From Squalus acanthias (Eukaryota), in assembly GCA_030390025.1 (NCBI GenBank), contig JASTWF010000340.1, positions 434,001 through 498,000 on the forward strand: 64,000 nt of DNA, given 5' to 3'. Positions 1 through 12,582 of this stretch are shown one piece after another. The position numbers and the translations under genes are program-made. The notes under the pieces were generated by a model. It saw only the letters and a list, made by a program, of their open reading frames with translations, was not told the DNA's origin and did no database searches. Positions within the stretch are counted from its first letter, which is position 1; each line of letters opens with the position of its first letter.

Positions 1-29
1 TGTGTGTTGGGGTCACAGTCCCTCACCGG

Positions 30-82
30 GGGAGATCAGGCTAACTCAGCACAGGCCGGGGATGGACCCTGGGCCTTTCCTG
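30..82 (-). mobile_element. Possible fragment of a tRNA-derived SINE head
   Basis: The reverse complement CAGGAAAGGCCCAGGGTCCATCCCCGGCCTGTGCTGAGTTAGCCTGATCTC resembles a degenerate B-box region of fish/shark tRNA-SINEs. It is short. Confidence 0.3.
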
Positions 83-114
83 CCCAGATTCGGGCCCTGT
101 TTTCACACACCAAG

Positions 115-246
115 CCCCCGTTGTGGCAGAGCTGGCGATGTCGGGGACCTGGGTCGAGGAGTTTCTGACCACCGAGACGGCGGCAGACATATCGCAGGCC
201 GACAGTGAAGCCGATTGATCAATGGAGTTCATCGCCCAGGTGACAG
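115..246 (+). pseudogene. PEX5: PEX5 (peroxisomal PTS1 receptor) internal exon with premature stop
   Basis: AG acceptor at 113-114, GTATGT donor at 247, 132 nt, phase 1/1. Translates (A)PVVAELAMSGTWVEEFLTTETAADISQADSEAD*SMEFIAQVT(D), aligning by eye to human PEX5 [45 protein letters not shown]. TGA at 216-218 replaces the Trp of a WxxxF motif. Confidence 0.85.
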
Positions 247-257
247 GTATGTTGACG

Positions 258-3200
258 GGCCACTCAGCATTGTGGGTACAGCGTCACTGAGCCCGGGCAT
301 TGTGGGCACAGGATCACTGACACTGGGCATTGTGGGTACAGAGCCACTGACCCCGGGCACTGTGGGTACAGAGTCACTGACACTGGGCATTGTGGGTACA
401 CAGTCACTGACACTGGGCATTGTGGACACAGGGTCACTGACACTGGATATTGTGGGTACAGGGGCACTGACACTGGGCTTTGTGGGTACAAGGTCACTGA
501 CACTGGACATTGTGGTTACAGGGTCATTTACATGGGCATCGTGGATACAGGGTCACTGACCCCGGGCATTGTGGGTACAGGGTCATTGACATGGGCATCG
601 TGGTTACAGAGTCACTGACCCTGGGCATTGTGGACACAGGGTCATTGACATGGGCATCGTGGTTACAGGGCCACTGACCCCGGGTATTGTGGGTACAGGG
701 TCACTGACCCCGGGCATTGTGGGTACAGGGTCACTGACACTGGGCATTATCGACACAGGGTCACTGACCCTGGGCATTATGGACAGAGGGTCACTGACCC
801 TGGGCATTGTGGACACAGGGTCACTAACCCTGGGCATTGTGGACAGAGGGTCACTGACCCTGGGCATTGTGGACACAGGGCCACTGACCCTGGGCATTAT
901 GGACACAGGGTCACTGACCCTGGGCATTGTGGACACAGGGTCACTAACCCTGGGCATTGTGGACAGAGGGTCACTGACCCTGGGCATTGTGGACACAGGG
1001 TCACTGACCCTGGGCATTGTGGGTACAGGGTCACTGACCCTGGGCATTGTGGACACAGGGTCACTGACCCTGGGCATTGTGGGTACAGGTTCACTGACAC
1101 TGGGCATTATGGGAACAGAGTCACTGACCCTGGGCATTGTGGGTACAGGGTCCCTGAGACTGGGCATTGTGGGTACAGAGTCACTGACCCTGGGCATTGT
1201 AGACACAGGGTCACTGACCACGGGCATCATGGGTACAGAGTCACTGACCCTGGGCATTGTGGGTACAGGGTCCCTGAGACTGGGCATTGAGGGTACAGAG
1301 TCACTGACCCTGGGCATTGTGGACACAGGGTCACTGACCCTGGGCATTGTGGGCACAGAGTCACTGACCTTGGGCATTGTGGGTACAGAGTCACTGACCA
1401 TTTGAATTGTGGACACAGGGTCACTGACCCCGGGCATTGTGGGTACAGGGTCACTGACCCTGGGAATTGTGGACACACTGTTACTGACCCTGGGCATTGT
1501 GGGTACAGGGTCACTGACCCTGGGCATTGTGGACACTGTGTCACTGACCCTGGGCATTGTGGGTACAGGGCCACTGAGCCCGGGCATTATGGGTACAGAT
1601 TCACTGACCCTAGGCATTGTGGACACAGCGTCACTGACCACGGGCATTATGGGTACAGGGCCACTGATTCTGCGCATTATGGGTACAGAGTCACTGACCC
1701 TGGGCATTATGGACACCGGGTCACTGACCCTGTGCATTGTGGGTACAGGGTCATTGACACTGGGCATTGTGGGTACAGGTTCACTGACCTTGGGCATTGT
1801 GGACACAGTGTCTCTGACCCTGGGCATTGTGGGTACAGGGCCACTGAGCCCGGGCATTATGGGTACACATTCACTGACTCTAGGCATTGTGGACACAGCG
1901 TCACTGACCACGGGCATTATGGGTAAAGAGTCACTGACCCCGGGCATTATGGACACAGGGTCACTGACCCCGGGCATTATGGACACAGGGTCACTGACCC
2001 TGGGCATTGTGGGTACAGTGTCACTGACCCTGGGCATTATGGACACAGGGCCACTGACCCTGGGCATTGTGGGTACAGGGCCACTGACACTGGGCATTGT
2101 GGGTACAGTGCCAAAGACACTGGGCATTGTGGGTACAGGGCCACTGACCCTGACCATTGTGCGTACAGGGTCACTGACCCTGGGCATTGTGGGTACAGGG
2201 TCATTGACCCTGTGCATTGTGGGTCCAGGGTCACTGACCCTGGGCATTGTGGGAACAAGGTCACTGACCCTGGGCATTGTGGGTACAGGGTCACTGACCC
2301 TGGGCATTGTGGGTACAGAGTCACTGACCCTGGGCATTGTGGACACAGGGTCACTGACCCTGGGCATTGTGGACACAGGGTCACTGACCCTGGGCATTGT
2401 GGTTACAGAGTCACTGACCCCGGTCATTATGGGTTCAGAGTCATTGACCCTGGGCATTGTGGGTACAGTGTCCCTGACCCTGGGCATTGTGGACACAGGG
2501 TCACTGACCCTGGGCATTGTGGACACAGGGTCACTGACCCTGGGCATTGTGGACATAGGGTCACTGACCCTGGGCATTGTGGACACAGGGTCATTGACCC
2601 TGGGCATTGTGGATAGAGGGTCACTGACCCTGGGCATTGTGGACACAGGGTCACTGACCCTGGGCATTGTGGACACAGGGTCACTGACCCTGGGCATTGT
2701 GGGTACAGGGTCACTGACCCTGGGCATTGTGGGTACAGAGCCACTGACCCTGAGCATTGTGGACACAGGGTCACTGACCCTGCGCATTGTGGACACAGGG
2801 TCACTGACCCTGGGCATTGTGGACACAGGGTCACTGACCCTGGGCATTGTGGACACAGGGTCACTGACCCTGGGCATTGTGGACACAGGATCACTGACCC
2901 TGGGATCTGTGGACACAGGGTCACTGACCCTGGGCATTGTGGGTACAGGGCCACTGACCCTGGGCATGATGCACATAGGGTCACTGACCCTGGGCATTGT
3001 GGGTACAGGGCCACTGACCCTGGGCATTGTGGACACAGGGTCACTGACCCTGGGCATTGTGGACATTGGGTCACTGACCCTGAGCCTTATGGGTACAGAA
3101 TCACTCACCCTGGGCATTGTCGACACAGGGTCATGAAGCTGGGCATTGTGGGTACAAGGTCACTGACACTGGCCATTGTGGGTACAGGATCACTGACACT

Positions 3201-6200
3201 GGGCATTGTGGGTACAGGGTGACTGACACTGGCCATTGTGGGTACAGGATCACTGACACTGGGCATTGTGGGTACAGGGCCACTGACCCTGGGCATTGTG
3301 GACACAGGTTCAGTGACACCGGGCATTGTGGACACAGGGTCACTGACCCTGGGCATTGTGGACACAGGTTCAGTGACCCCGGGCATTGTGGACACAGGGT
3401 CACTGTCCCTGGGCATTGTGGGTACAGGGCCACTGACCCTGGGCATTGTGGGTACAGGGTCACTCACCCTGGGCATTGTGGGTACAGAGTCACTGACCCT
3501 GGGCATTGTGGACTCATCGCCACTGACCCTGGGCATTGTGGGTACAGGGTCACTGACCCTGGGCATTGTGGACACAGGGTCACTGACCCTGGGCATTGTG
3601 GACACCGGGTCACTGACACTGGGCATTATGGGTACAAGGTCACTGACACTGGGCATTGTGGACACAGGTTCACTTACACTGGGCATTGTTGGTACAGGGT
3701 GACTGACACTGGGCATTGTGGGTACAGGGCCACTGACACTGGGCATTGTGGGAACAGGGTCACTGACACTGGGCATTGTGGGTACAGGGCCACTGACCCT
3801 GGGCATTGTGGGTACAGGGCCACTGAGCCCGGGCATTATGGGTACAGGGCCACTGACCCTGGGCATTATGCACATAGGGTCACTGACCCTGTGCATTGTG
3901 GGTACTGGGTCACTGACGCTGGGCATTGTGGGTACTGGGTCACTGACGCTGGGCATTGTGGGTGCTGGGTCACTGACCTGGGCATTGTGGACACAGGGTC
4001 ACTGACCCTGGGCATTGTGGACACAGGGTCACTGACCCTGGGCATTGTGGACACAGGGTCACTGTCCCTAGGCATTGTGGACACAGGTTCACTGACCCCG
4101 GGCATTGTGGACACAGGGTCACTGACCCTGCGCATTATGGACACAGGGTCACTGTCCCTGGGCATTGTGGGTACAGCGCCACTGACCCAGGGCATTGTGG
4201 GTACAGGGTCACTCACCCCGGGCATTGTGGATACAGGGTCACTGACCCTGGGCATTGTGGACACATCGCCACTGACCCTGGGCATTGTGGGTACAGGTTC
4301 ACTGACCCTGGGCATTGTGGGTACAGGGTCACTGACCCTGGCCATTGTGGGTACAGTGTCACTGACCCTGGGCATTATGTACACCGGGCCACTGACCCTG
4401 GGCATTGTGGACACAGAGTCACTGACACTGGGCATTGTGGGTACAGGGCCACTGACACTGGGCATTGTTGGTACAGGGTGACTGACACTGGGCATTGTGG
4501 GTATAAGGTCACTGACCCAGTGCATTGTGGGTACTGGACCACTGACCCTGGGCATTGTGGACACAGAGTCACTGACACTGGGCATTGTGGGTACAGGGCC
4601 ACTGACACTGGGCATTGTGGGTACAGGGTCACTGTCCCTGGGCATTGTGGTTACAGGGCCACTGACCCTGGGCATTATGGACACAGGGCCACTGACCCTG
4701 GGCATTGTGGGTACAGGGTCACTGACCCTGCGCATTATGGGTACAGAGTCACTGACCCTGGGCATTATGGACACCGGGTCACTGACCCTGTGCATTGTGG
4801 GTACAGGGTCATTGACACTGGGCATTGTGGGTACAGGTTCACTGACCTTGGGCAATGTGGACACAGTGTCACTGACCCTGGGCATTGTGGGTACAGGGTC
4901 ACTGACCCTGCGCATTATGGGTACAGAGTCACTGACCCTGGGCATTATGGACACCGGGTCACTGACCCTGTGCATTGAGGGTACAGGGTCATTGACACTG
5001 GGCATTGTGGGTACAGGTTCACTGACCTTGGGCATTGTGGACACAGGGTCACTCACCCCGGGCATTGTGGATACAGGGTCACTGACCCTGGGCATTGTGG
5101 ACACATCTCCACTGACCCTGGGCATTGTGGGTACAGGGTCACTGACCCTGGGCATTGTGGGTACAGGGTCACTGACCCTGGCCATTGTGGGTACCGTGTC
5201 ACTGACCCTGGGCATTATGGACACCGGGCCACTGACCCTGGGCATTGTGGACACAGAGTCACTGACACTGGGCATTGTGGGTACAGGGCCACTGACACTG
5301 GGCATTGTTGGTACAGGGTGACTGACACTGGGCATTGTGGGTACAAGGTCACTGACCCAGTGCATTGTGGGTACAGGACCACTGACCCTGGGCATTGTGG
5401 ACACAGAGTCACTGACACTGGGCATTGTGGGTACAGGGCCACGGACACTGGGCATTGTGGGTACAGGGTCACTGTCCCTGGGCATTGTGGTTACAGGGCC
5501 ACTGACCCTGGGCATTATGGACACAGGGCCACTGACCCTGGGCATTGTGGGTACAGGGTCACTGACCCTGCGCATTATGGGTACAGAGTCACTGACCCTG
5601 GGCATTATGGACACCGGGTCACTGACCCTGTGCATTGTGGGTACAGGGTCATTGACACTGGGCATTGTGGGTACAGGTTCACTGACCTTGGGCATTGTGG
5701 ACACAGTGTCACTGACCCTGGGCATTGTGGGTACAGGGCCACTGAGCCGGGCATTATGGGTACACATTCACTGACCCTAAGCATTGTGGACACAGCGTCA
5801 CTGACCACGGGCATTTTGGGTAAAGAGTCACTGACCCCGGGCATTATGGACACAGGGTCACTGACCCCGGGCATTATGGACACAGGGTCACTGACCCTGG
5901 GCATTGTGGGTACAGTGTCACTGACCCTGGGCATTGTGGACACAGGGCCACTGACCCTGGGCATTGTGGGTACAGTGTCACTGACCCTGGGCATTATGGA
6001 CACAGGGCCACTGACCCTGGGCATTGTGGGTACAGGGCCACTGACACTGGGCATTGTGGGTACAGGGCCACTGACCCTGGGCATTGTGGGTACAGGGTCA
6101 CTGACCCTGGGCATTGTGGGTACAGGGTCATTGACCCTGGGCATTGTGGGTACAAGGTCACTGACCCTGGGCATTGTGGGAACAAGGTCAGTGACCCTGG

Positions 6201-8945
6201 GCATTTTGGACACAGGGTCACTGACCCTGGGCATTGTGGACACAGGGTCACTGACCCTGGGCATTGTGGACAAAGAGTCACTGACCCTGGGCATTGTGGA
6301 CACAGGGTCACTGACCCTGGGCATTGTGGACAAAGAGTCATTGACCCTGGGCATTGTGGACACAGGGTCACTGACCCTGGGCATTGTGGACACAGGGTCA
6401 CTGACCCTGGGCATTGTGGACACAGGGTCACTGACCCTGGGCATTGTGGACACAGGGTCACTGACCCTGGGCATTTTGGACACAGGGTCACTGACCCTGG
6501 GCATTGTGGGTACATGGCCACTGACCCTGGGCATTGTGGACATAGGGTCACTAACCCTGGGCATTATGGGTACAGAATCACTCACCCTGGGCATTGTGGA
6601 CACAGGGTCATGAAGCTGGGCATTGTGGGTACAAGGTCACTGACACTGGGCATTGTGGGTACAGGGTCACTGTCCCTGGGCATTGTGGACACAGATTCAG
6701 TGACCCCGGGCATTGTGGACACAGGGTCACTGACCCTGCGCATTGTGGACACAGGGTCACTGACCCTGGGCATTGTGGACACAGGGTCACTGACACTGGG
6801 CATTGTGGGTACAGGGTGACTAACACTGGGCATTGTGGGTACAGGGCCACTGACACTGGGCATTCTGGGAACAGGGTCACTGACACTGGGCATTGTGGGT
6901 ACAGGACCACTGACCCTGGGCATTGTGGGTGCAGGGTCACTGACACTGGGCATTGTGGGTACAGGGTCACTGACCCTGGGCATTGTGGACACATCGCCAC
7001 TGACCCTGGGCATTGTGGACACAGGGTCACTGACTCTGGGCATTGTGGACACAGGGTCACTGACCCTGGGCATTGTGGACACAGGGTCACTGACCCTGGG
7101 CATTGTGGGTACAGGGCCACTGTCACTGGGCATTGTTGGTACAGGGTGACTGACACTGGGCATTGTGGGTACAGGGTCACTGACACTGGGCATTGTGGGA
7201 ACAGGGTCACTGACACTGGGCATTGTGGGTACAGGGTCACTGACCCTGGGCATTGTGGGTACAGGGTCACTGACCCTGGGCATTGTGGGTACAGGGTCAC
7301 TGACCCCGGCCATTGTGGACACAGAGTCACTGACCCTGGGCATTGTGGGTACAGGGTCACTGACCCCGGCCATTGTGGACACAGAGTCACTGTCCGTGGG
7401 CATTGTGGGTACAGGGCCACTGACCCTGGGCATTGTGGACACAGGGTCACTGACCCTGGGCATTGTGGACACAGGGCCACTGACACTGGGCATTGTGGGA
7501 ACAGGGTCACTGACACTGGGCATTGTGGACACAGGGTCACTGACACTGGGCATTGTGGGTACAGGGTCACTGACACTGGGCATTGTGGACACAGGGTCAC
7601 TGACACTGGGCATTGTGGGTACAGAGTCACTGACCCTGGGCATTGTGGACACAGGGTCACTGACCCTGGGCATTGTGGGTACAGGGCCACTGACCCTGGG
7701 CATTGTGGGTACAGGGTCACTGACACTGGGCTTTGTGGGTACAGGGTCACTGACCCTGCGCATTATGGACACAGGGTCACTGTCCCTGGGCATTGTGGGT
7801 ACAGGGCCACTGACCTAGGGCATTGTGGGTACAGGGTCACTCACCCCGGGCATTGTGGATACAGTTTCACTGACCCTGGGCATTGTGGGTACAGGGTCAC
7901 TCACCCCGGGCATTGTGGATACAGGGTCACTGACCCTGGGCATTGTGGACACATCGCCACTGACCCTGGGCATTGTGGATACAGGGTCACTGACCCTGGG
8001 CATTGTGGACACAGGGTCACTGACCCTGGGCATTGTGGACACAGGGTCACTGACCCTGGGCATTGTGGACACAGGGTCGCTGACCCTGGGCATTGTGGAC
8101 ACAGAGTCACTGACCCTGGGCATTGTGGACACAGGGTCACTGACCCTGGGCATTGTGGACACGGGTTCACTGTCCCTGGGCACTGTGGACACAGAGTCAC
8201 TGACCTTGGGCATTGTGGGTACAGGGTCACTGACCCTGGGCATTATGGGTACAGGGTCACTGACCCTGGGCATTGTGGGTACAGGGTCACTGACCCTGGG
8301 CATTGTGGGTACAGGGTCACTGACCCTGGGCATTGTGGGTACAGGGTCACTGACCCAGGGAATTGTGGACACGGGTTCACTGACCCTGGGCATTGTGGAC
8401 ACAGGGTCACTGACCCCGGGCATTGTGGACACAGGGTCACTGACCCTGCGCATTGTGGACACAGGGTCACTGACCCTGCGCATTGTGGACACAGGGTCAC
8501 TGACCCTGCGCATTGTGGACACAGGGTCACTGACCCTGGGCATTATGGACACAGGGTCACTGACCCTGGGCATTGTGGACACCAAGACACTGTCCCTGGG
8601 CATTATGGACACAGGGTCACTGACCCCGGGCATTGTGGTTACAGGGTCACTGTCCCTGGCCACTGTGGGTACTGGGTCACTGACCCTGGCCATTGTGGGT
8701 AATGGGTCACTGACACTGGACATTGTGGGTACAGGGTCACTGATACTGGGCATTGTGGACACAGGGTCACTGACCCTGAGCATTGTGGGTACAGGGTCAC
8801 TGACCCTGGGCATTGTGGGTACAGAGTCACTGACCCCGGGCATTGTGTGTACAGGGTCACTGAACCTGGGCATTGTGGACACAGGGTCACTGACCCTGGG
8901 CATTGTGGGTACAGGGTCACTGACCCTGGGCATTGTGGTTAAGGT
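258..8945. repeat. 30-bp minisatellite, about 290 units, consensus GGGTCACTGACCCTGGGCATTGTGG(AC/GT)ACA
   Basis: The 30-bp period is directly visible and explains all the 10-aa-periodic ORFs (GSLTLGIVDT etc.). The array fills the intron between the two PEX5 exons. Confidence 0.98.
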
Positions 8946-9021
8946 CCTGCGGATGATTACGGCCGCTCTGACTGTTTCACTTTAAATGGTGTGTGACCTC
9001 TGAATCTTCCTCTAACCTTAG

Positions 9022-9129
9022 ACCCCGCTGTGACCTGTCCAGCAACGTGGATCCTGGAATACCTGGAACAAACGGCAGAGGAACTGTGGCTGTGGAACCC
9101 GAGCTGGAGCAGAGTCAGGAACAGAAATG
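9022..9129 (+). pseudogene. PEX5: PEX5 next exon with frameshift
   Basis: Pyrimidine tract and AG at 9020-9021, donor GTATGG at 9130. Reads (D)PAVTCPATWILEYLEQTAEELWL, then after a frame change EPELEQSQEQK(W); human is [35 protein letters not shown]. The 108-nt length does not fit a phase 1 to phase 2 exon, which needs 3n+1. Confidence 0.8.
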
Positions 9130-9164
9130 GTATGGAGCGGGAGGGAGTAACTGTGGTAATGTCA

Positions 9165-9620
9165 GTGAAATGTAGAGGGAGCTCCGTATTATACCTGCCC
9201 AGGGTGTGCACGATGCTGACACTGGGTATAAAGTGGGGGTACAGTGTCAGGGTAATGTAGAGGGAGCTCTGTATTGTACCTTCCCCGGGAATGCACGATG
9301 CTGACGCTGGGTATAAAGTGGGGGGACACTGTCAGGGTAATGTAGAGGGAGCTCTGTATTGTACCTTCCCCGGGAATGCACGATGCTGACGCTGGGTATA
9401 AAGTGGGGGGACACTGTCAGGGTAATGTAGCGGTAGCTCTGTATTGTACATGCCCTGGGAATGCACGATGCAGACACTGGGTGTAAAGTGGGGGTACACT
9501 CTCAGGGTAATGTAGAGGGAGCTCTGTACTGTACCTGCCCTGGGAGTGCACGTTGCTGACACTGGGTATAAAGTGGGGGTACACTTTCGGAGTAATGTAC
9601 AGGGAGCTCTGTATTGTAGA
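9165..9620. repeat. 85-bp tandem repeat, about 5 units, related to the 67-bp shark satellite
   Basis: GTCAGGGTAATGTAG recurs at 9246, 9331 and 9416. It shares GTAGAGGGAGCT...GTACCTGCCCTGGGA with the 67-bp family. Confidence 0.9.
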
Positions 9621-9629
9621 GTGGGAGAA

Positions 9630-9912
9630 ACAGAGAAGATAGGAGCAGGAGAAGGCCATTCGGCCCCTCGAGCCTGCTTCACCATTCAATGCGATCATGG
9701 CTGATCATCCATATTTAGAACCCTGTCCCTGCTTTCTCCCCATATCCCTTGATCCCTTTAGCCTTAAGAAATATATCCAACTCCTTCTTGAATATATTTA
9801 ATGAATTGGCCTCAACTGCCTGCTGTGGTAGAGAATTCCACAGGTTCACCAGTCTCTGGGTGAAGAAATTCCTCCTCATTTCTGTCCTAAATGTCTTACC
9901 CCTTATCCTTAA
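9630..9912 (-). mobile_element. CR1 LINE 3' fragment
   Basis: Translates RRNFFTQRLVNLWNSLPQQAVEANSLNIFKKELD (CR1 ORF2 C-terminus), followed by the 3' UTR AGGCTCGAGGGGCCGAATGGCCTTCTCCTGCTCCTA. Confidence 0.9.
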
Positions 9913-10084
9913 AAATGAGAAGTCGCACAACACCATGTTATAGTCCAACAGATTTATTTAAAATTACAAGCTTTCGGAGCTGTTGCCCCTTCGTCAGGTA
10001 GAGTTACAATGAGAGAATCTACAATATATCACAGTATATAAACACCGAAAGCAATTTGTCTGCAGAGATACAATCTTTCAGGGA

Positions 10085-10205
10085 GGCCTTACATATGCAG
10101 GAAGAAATCACTGGACTGGTCAGTTGTACAGAAAAGGGGCAAATCGGATTCAATCTGGAGAATTGTGAGTTCATGCATTTCGGAAGGGCTGACAAGGCAA
10201 GGGAT
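10085..10205 (+). mobile_element. Short decayed CR1 ORF2 fragment
   Basis: QEEITGLVSCTEKGQIGFNLENCEFMHFGR resembles the CR1 segment 'DI..L..WA..WQM.FN..KCEVMHFG'. Confidence 0.6.
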
Positions 10206-10254
10206 CCCACAGTATCAGAGACTGACAGAAACAGAATGAATTGCACACTCACAC

Positions 10255-10390
10255 AGAGGGTGTCACAGAGTGGCTCTATACTTAGGGACTCCACAGATGG
10301 AGTCACAGAGTGCTTCTATACTGAGGGACTCCACAGATGGAGTCACAGAGTGGGTCTATACTTAGGGACTCCACAGATGGAGTCACAGAG
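10255..10390. repeat. 40-bp tandem repeat, about 3 units, with internal hairpin GACTCCA-CAGA-TGGAGTC
   Basis: CACAGAG recurs at 10264, 10304, 10344 and 10384. Confidence 0.85.
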
Positions 10391-12205
10391 TCTTCTTCTT
10401 AGGCAGTCCCTCGGAAACGAGGATGAGTGAGCACAGATGCAAGTGTCGTCTGCATACTGTAATTCGATGACAGAGGATGGAACGACCTTGGATCTGGACT
10501 GGAGGCGATGGAGTTTGAAAAGTTTCCCATTTGTTCTGTGGATTAGCTCCACTCCGGGGGGAGCTTACTGAACGTGAGATGGAGCATTGCAGCCAGGAAG
10601 AACGAGAAGAGCGTTGTTGCGATGACACAGCCTTGCTTGACCCCGGTCCGTACATGAATTGGGTCTATGGTGGATCTGTTTGTCAGGATTACAGCTTGAA
10701 TGTTGTCGTGAAGCAGGCGGAGGATGGTGACAAACTTTTGAGGGCAGCTGAATTTGAGGAGGATACTCCATAATCCCTCACGGTTGATGTTGTCGAAGGC
10801 CTTTATGAGGTCAAAGAAGACCATGTACAGTGGTTGGTGCTGTTCCCTGCATTTCTCTTGTAGTTGACGCGCGGTGAAGATCATGTTCATTGTGCCCATT
10901 AGTGGGCGTAATCCGCATTGCGTCTCTGGGAAAAGCTCTTCAGCCACTGGGAGAAGGCGATTGAGGAGGATTCTTGCGATGACTTTCCCTGTGGCAGACA
11001 GCAGGGAGACTGCTCTGTAATTACCACAATCAGACTTGTCACCTTTCTTGAAGATGGTCACGATTACGGCATCTCTGAGATCCCCTGGCATGCTCTCCTC
11101 CTTCCAAATAAGAGAAATGAGTTCATGTATTCGCGCCAATAGTACTTCTTCACCATGTTTTAGCGCCTCGGCGGGGATTCCATCTGCTCCTGAGGCCTTG
11201 TTGTTCTTCAGTTGTCGGATGACCTTTTCAACCTCATGCCGGACTGAGGTTGTGCTGAGGTGGTTGCGGGCAGCATGCTGCGGGATGGAGTTGAGGACAC
11301 TCGCATCGAAGACAGAATTTCGGTTAAGGAGATCTTCGAAGTGCTCCTTCCAGCGGGCACTGTCTGCCTCTCTGTCCTTGATGAGTACCTCTCCATTCTT
11401 AGCCCGCAGTGGGGTAGGACCATGGGTGCTTGGGCAGTAGGTGGTCTTGAATGCGCTAAAGAATCCACGTATGTCGTGGTTGTCGGCTCGCTGCTGGATC
11501 TCCTGCGCTTTCTCCATCCACCATCTGTTCTTAGGTCGCGAGTTTTTTGTTGGACCTCGGCCTTCAATGTCTGTAGAGCTGCTTTCTGGCTCTCGAGTTC
11601 TGTTACTGTTTCCAGATCAGCAATGCCTTGCCCTTGCGGCTTATTAGCTCCTGGATCTCCTGGTCGTTCTTGTTGAACCAGTCTTGATTTTTCCTGGTCG
11701 AGTGACCGAGCGTCTCTTCACAGGTGCTGATTATGGAGGCCTTGAGTGCAGACCAGGCGCCGTGGACACTCTGTGTCTCTGAATCACTGGGAGTCGTCAG
11801 GTTGGTTGTGAGGCGCAGGCTGAATAGGGCTTTCATAGCAGGGTCTTTGAGTGCTCCAGCGTTGATTTTCCTGCGGCATTACATCTGTTGCCGCCGCCGT
11901 ATTGGGGCTACGTTGATGGAGATGACAGAGCGGATTAGGCAGTGGGCTGTCCAGCAGTCGTCAGTTCCTGTCATGGCACAGGTGATGCGGACGTCCTTGC
12001 GGTCCCTCGCTCGGGCGATGACGTAGTCCAACAGATACCAGTGCTTGGAGCGAGGGTGCTGCCATGAAGCCTTTTACTTGTCTCTCTGACGGAACAAGGT
12101 GTTGGTTATGACGAGGCCATGTTCTTAGCATTTCGTCAGGAGGAGGGTACCATTGGAGTTGACTGTCCCTACCCCCTCTCTGCCGATCACACCTCCCCAG
12201 ATGTC
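10391..12205 (-). mobile_element. RTE-clade (BovB-like) LINE, 5' truncated and internally deleted
   Basis: ORF 10543-11517 carries RT motifs (KASGADGIPAE, DCGNYRAVSLLS, QCGLRP, FFDLIKAFD, TGVKQGCVIA). YADD follows in a shifted frame, endonuclease remnants lie upstream, and there is a short (AAG)n tail near 10392. Confidence 0.9.
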
Positions 12206-12214
12206 TTTGTCCTT

Positions 12215-12565
12215 TCCAGGTAGGGAGTTCTAGGATTTTCAAGCAGCAACGAGGAAGGATTGGCGATATCCTTCCAAGTCAGGATGGTGTGTGACTTCGA
12301 GGGGAACCTGGAGGTGGTGGGGTTCCCATGCGTCTGCTGCCCTTGTCCTTCTCGGTGGAAGAGGTTGCGGGTTTGGGTGGTGCTGGCGAAGATGCCTTGG
12401 CAAGTTGCTGCAGTGCATCTTGTAGATGGTACACACTGCAGCCACGGTACACCGGTGGTGGAGGGAGCGAATGTGTAAGGTATGTGGATGGGTTGTGAAT
12501 CAAGCGGGCTGCTTTGTCCTGGATGGTGTCGAGCTTCTTGAGTGTTGTTGGAGCAGTACGCATCA
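12215..12565 (-). mobile_element. 3' part of a second CR1/L2-group LINE family
   Basis: Translates TTLKKLDTIQDKAARLI...VAAVCTIYKMHCSNLPR. Same family as 39860-41540. Confidence 0.8.
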
Positions 12566-12582
12566 TATGAGGGGAGCGGCGT

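Noticed and set aside
216..218. In-frame TGA in the PEX5 exon as selenocysteine or readthrough
   Set aside because: It replaces Trp, not Cys, it is a single TGG>TGA change, and the next exon is independently frameshifted.
215..8985. Very long ORFs (up to 840 aa) with 10-aa periodicity on both strands
   Set aside because: They are by-products of a 30-bp unit lacking stops in several frames. They are open on both strands, have no unique domains and lie in an intron.
10543..11517. 324-aa RT ORF as an active retroelement or host gene
   Set aside because: It is flanked by stops and frameshifts, 5' truncated, and deleted after YADD.
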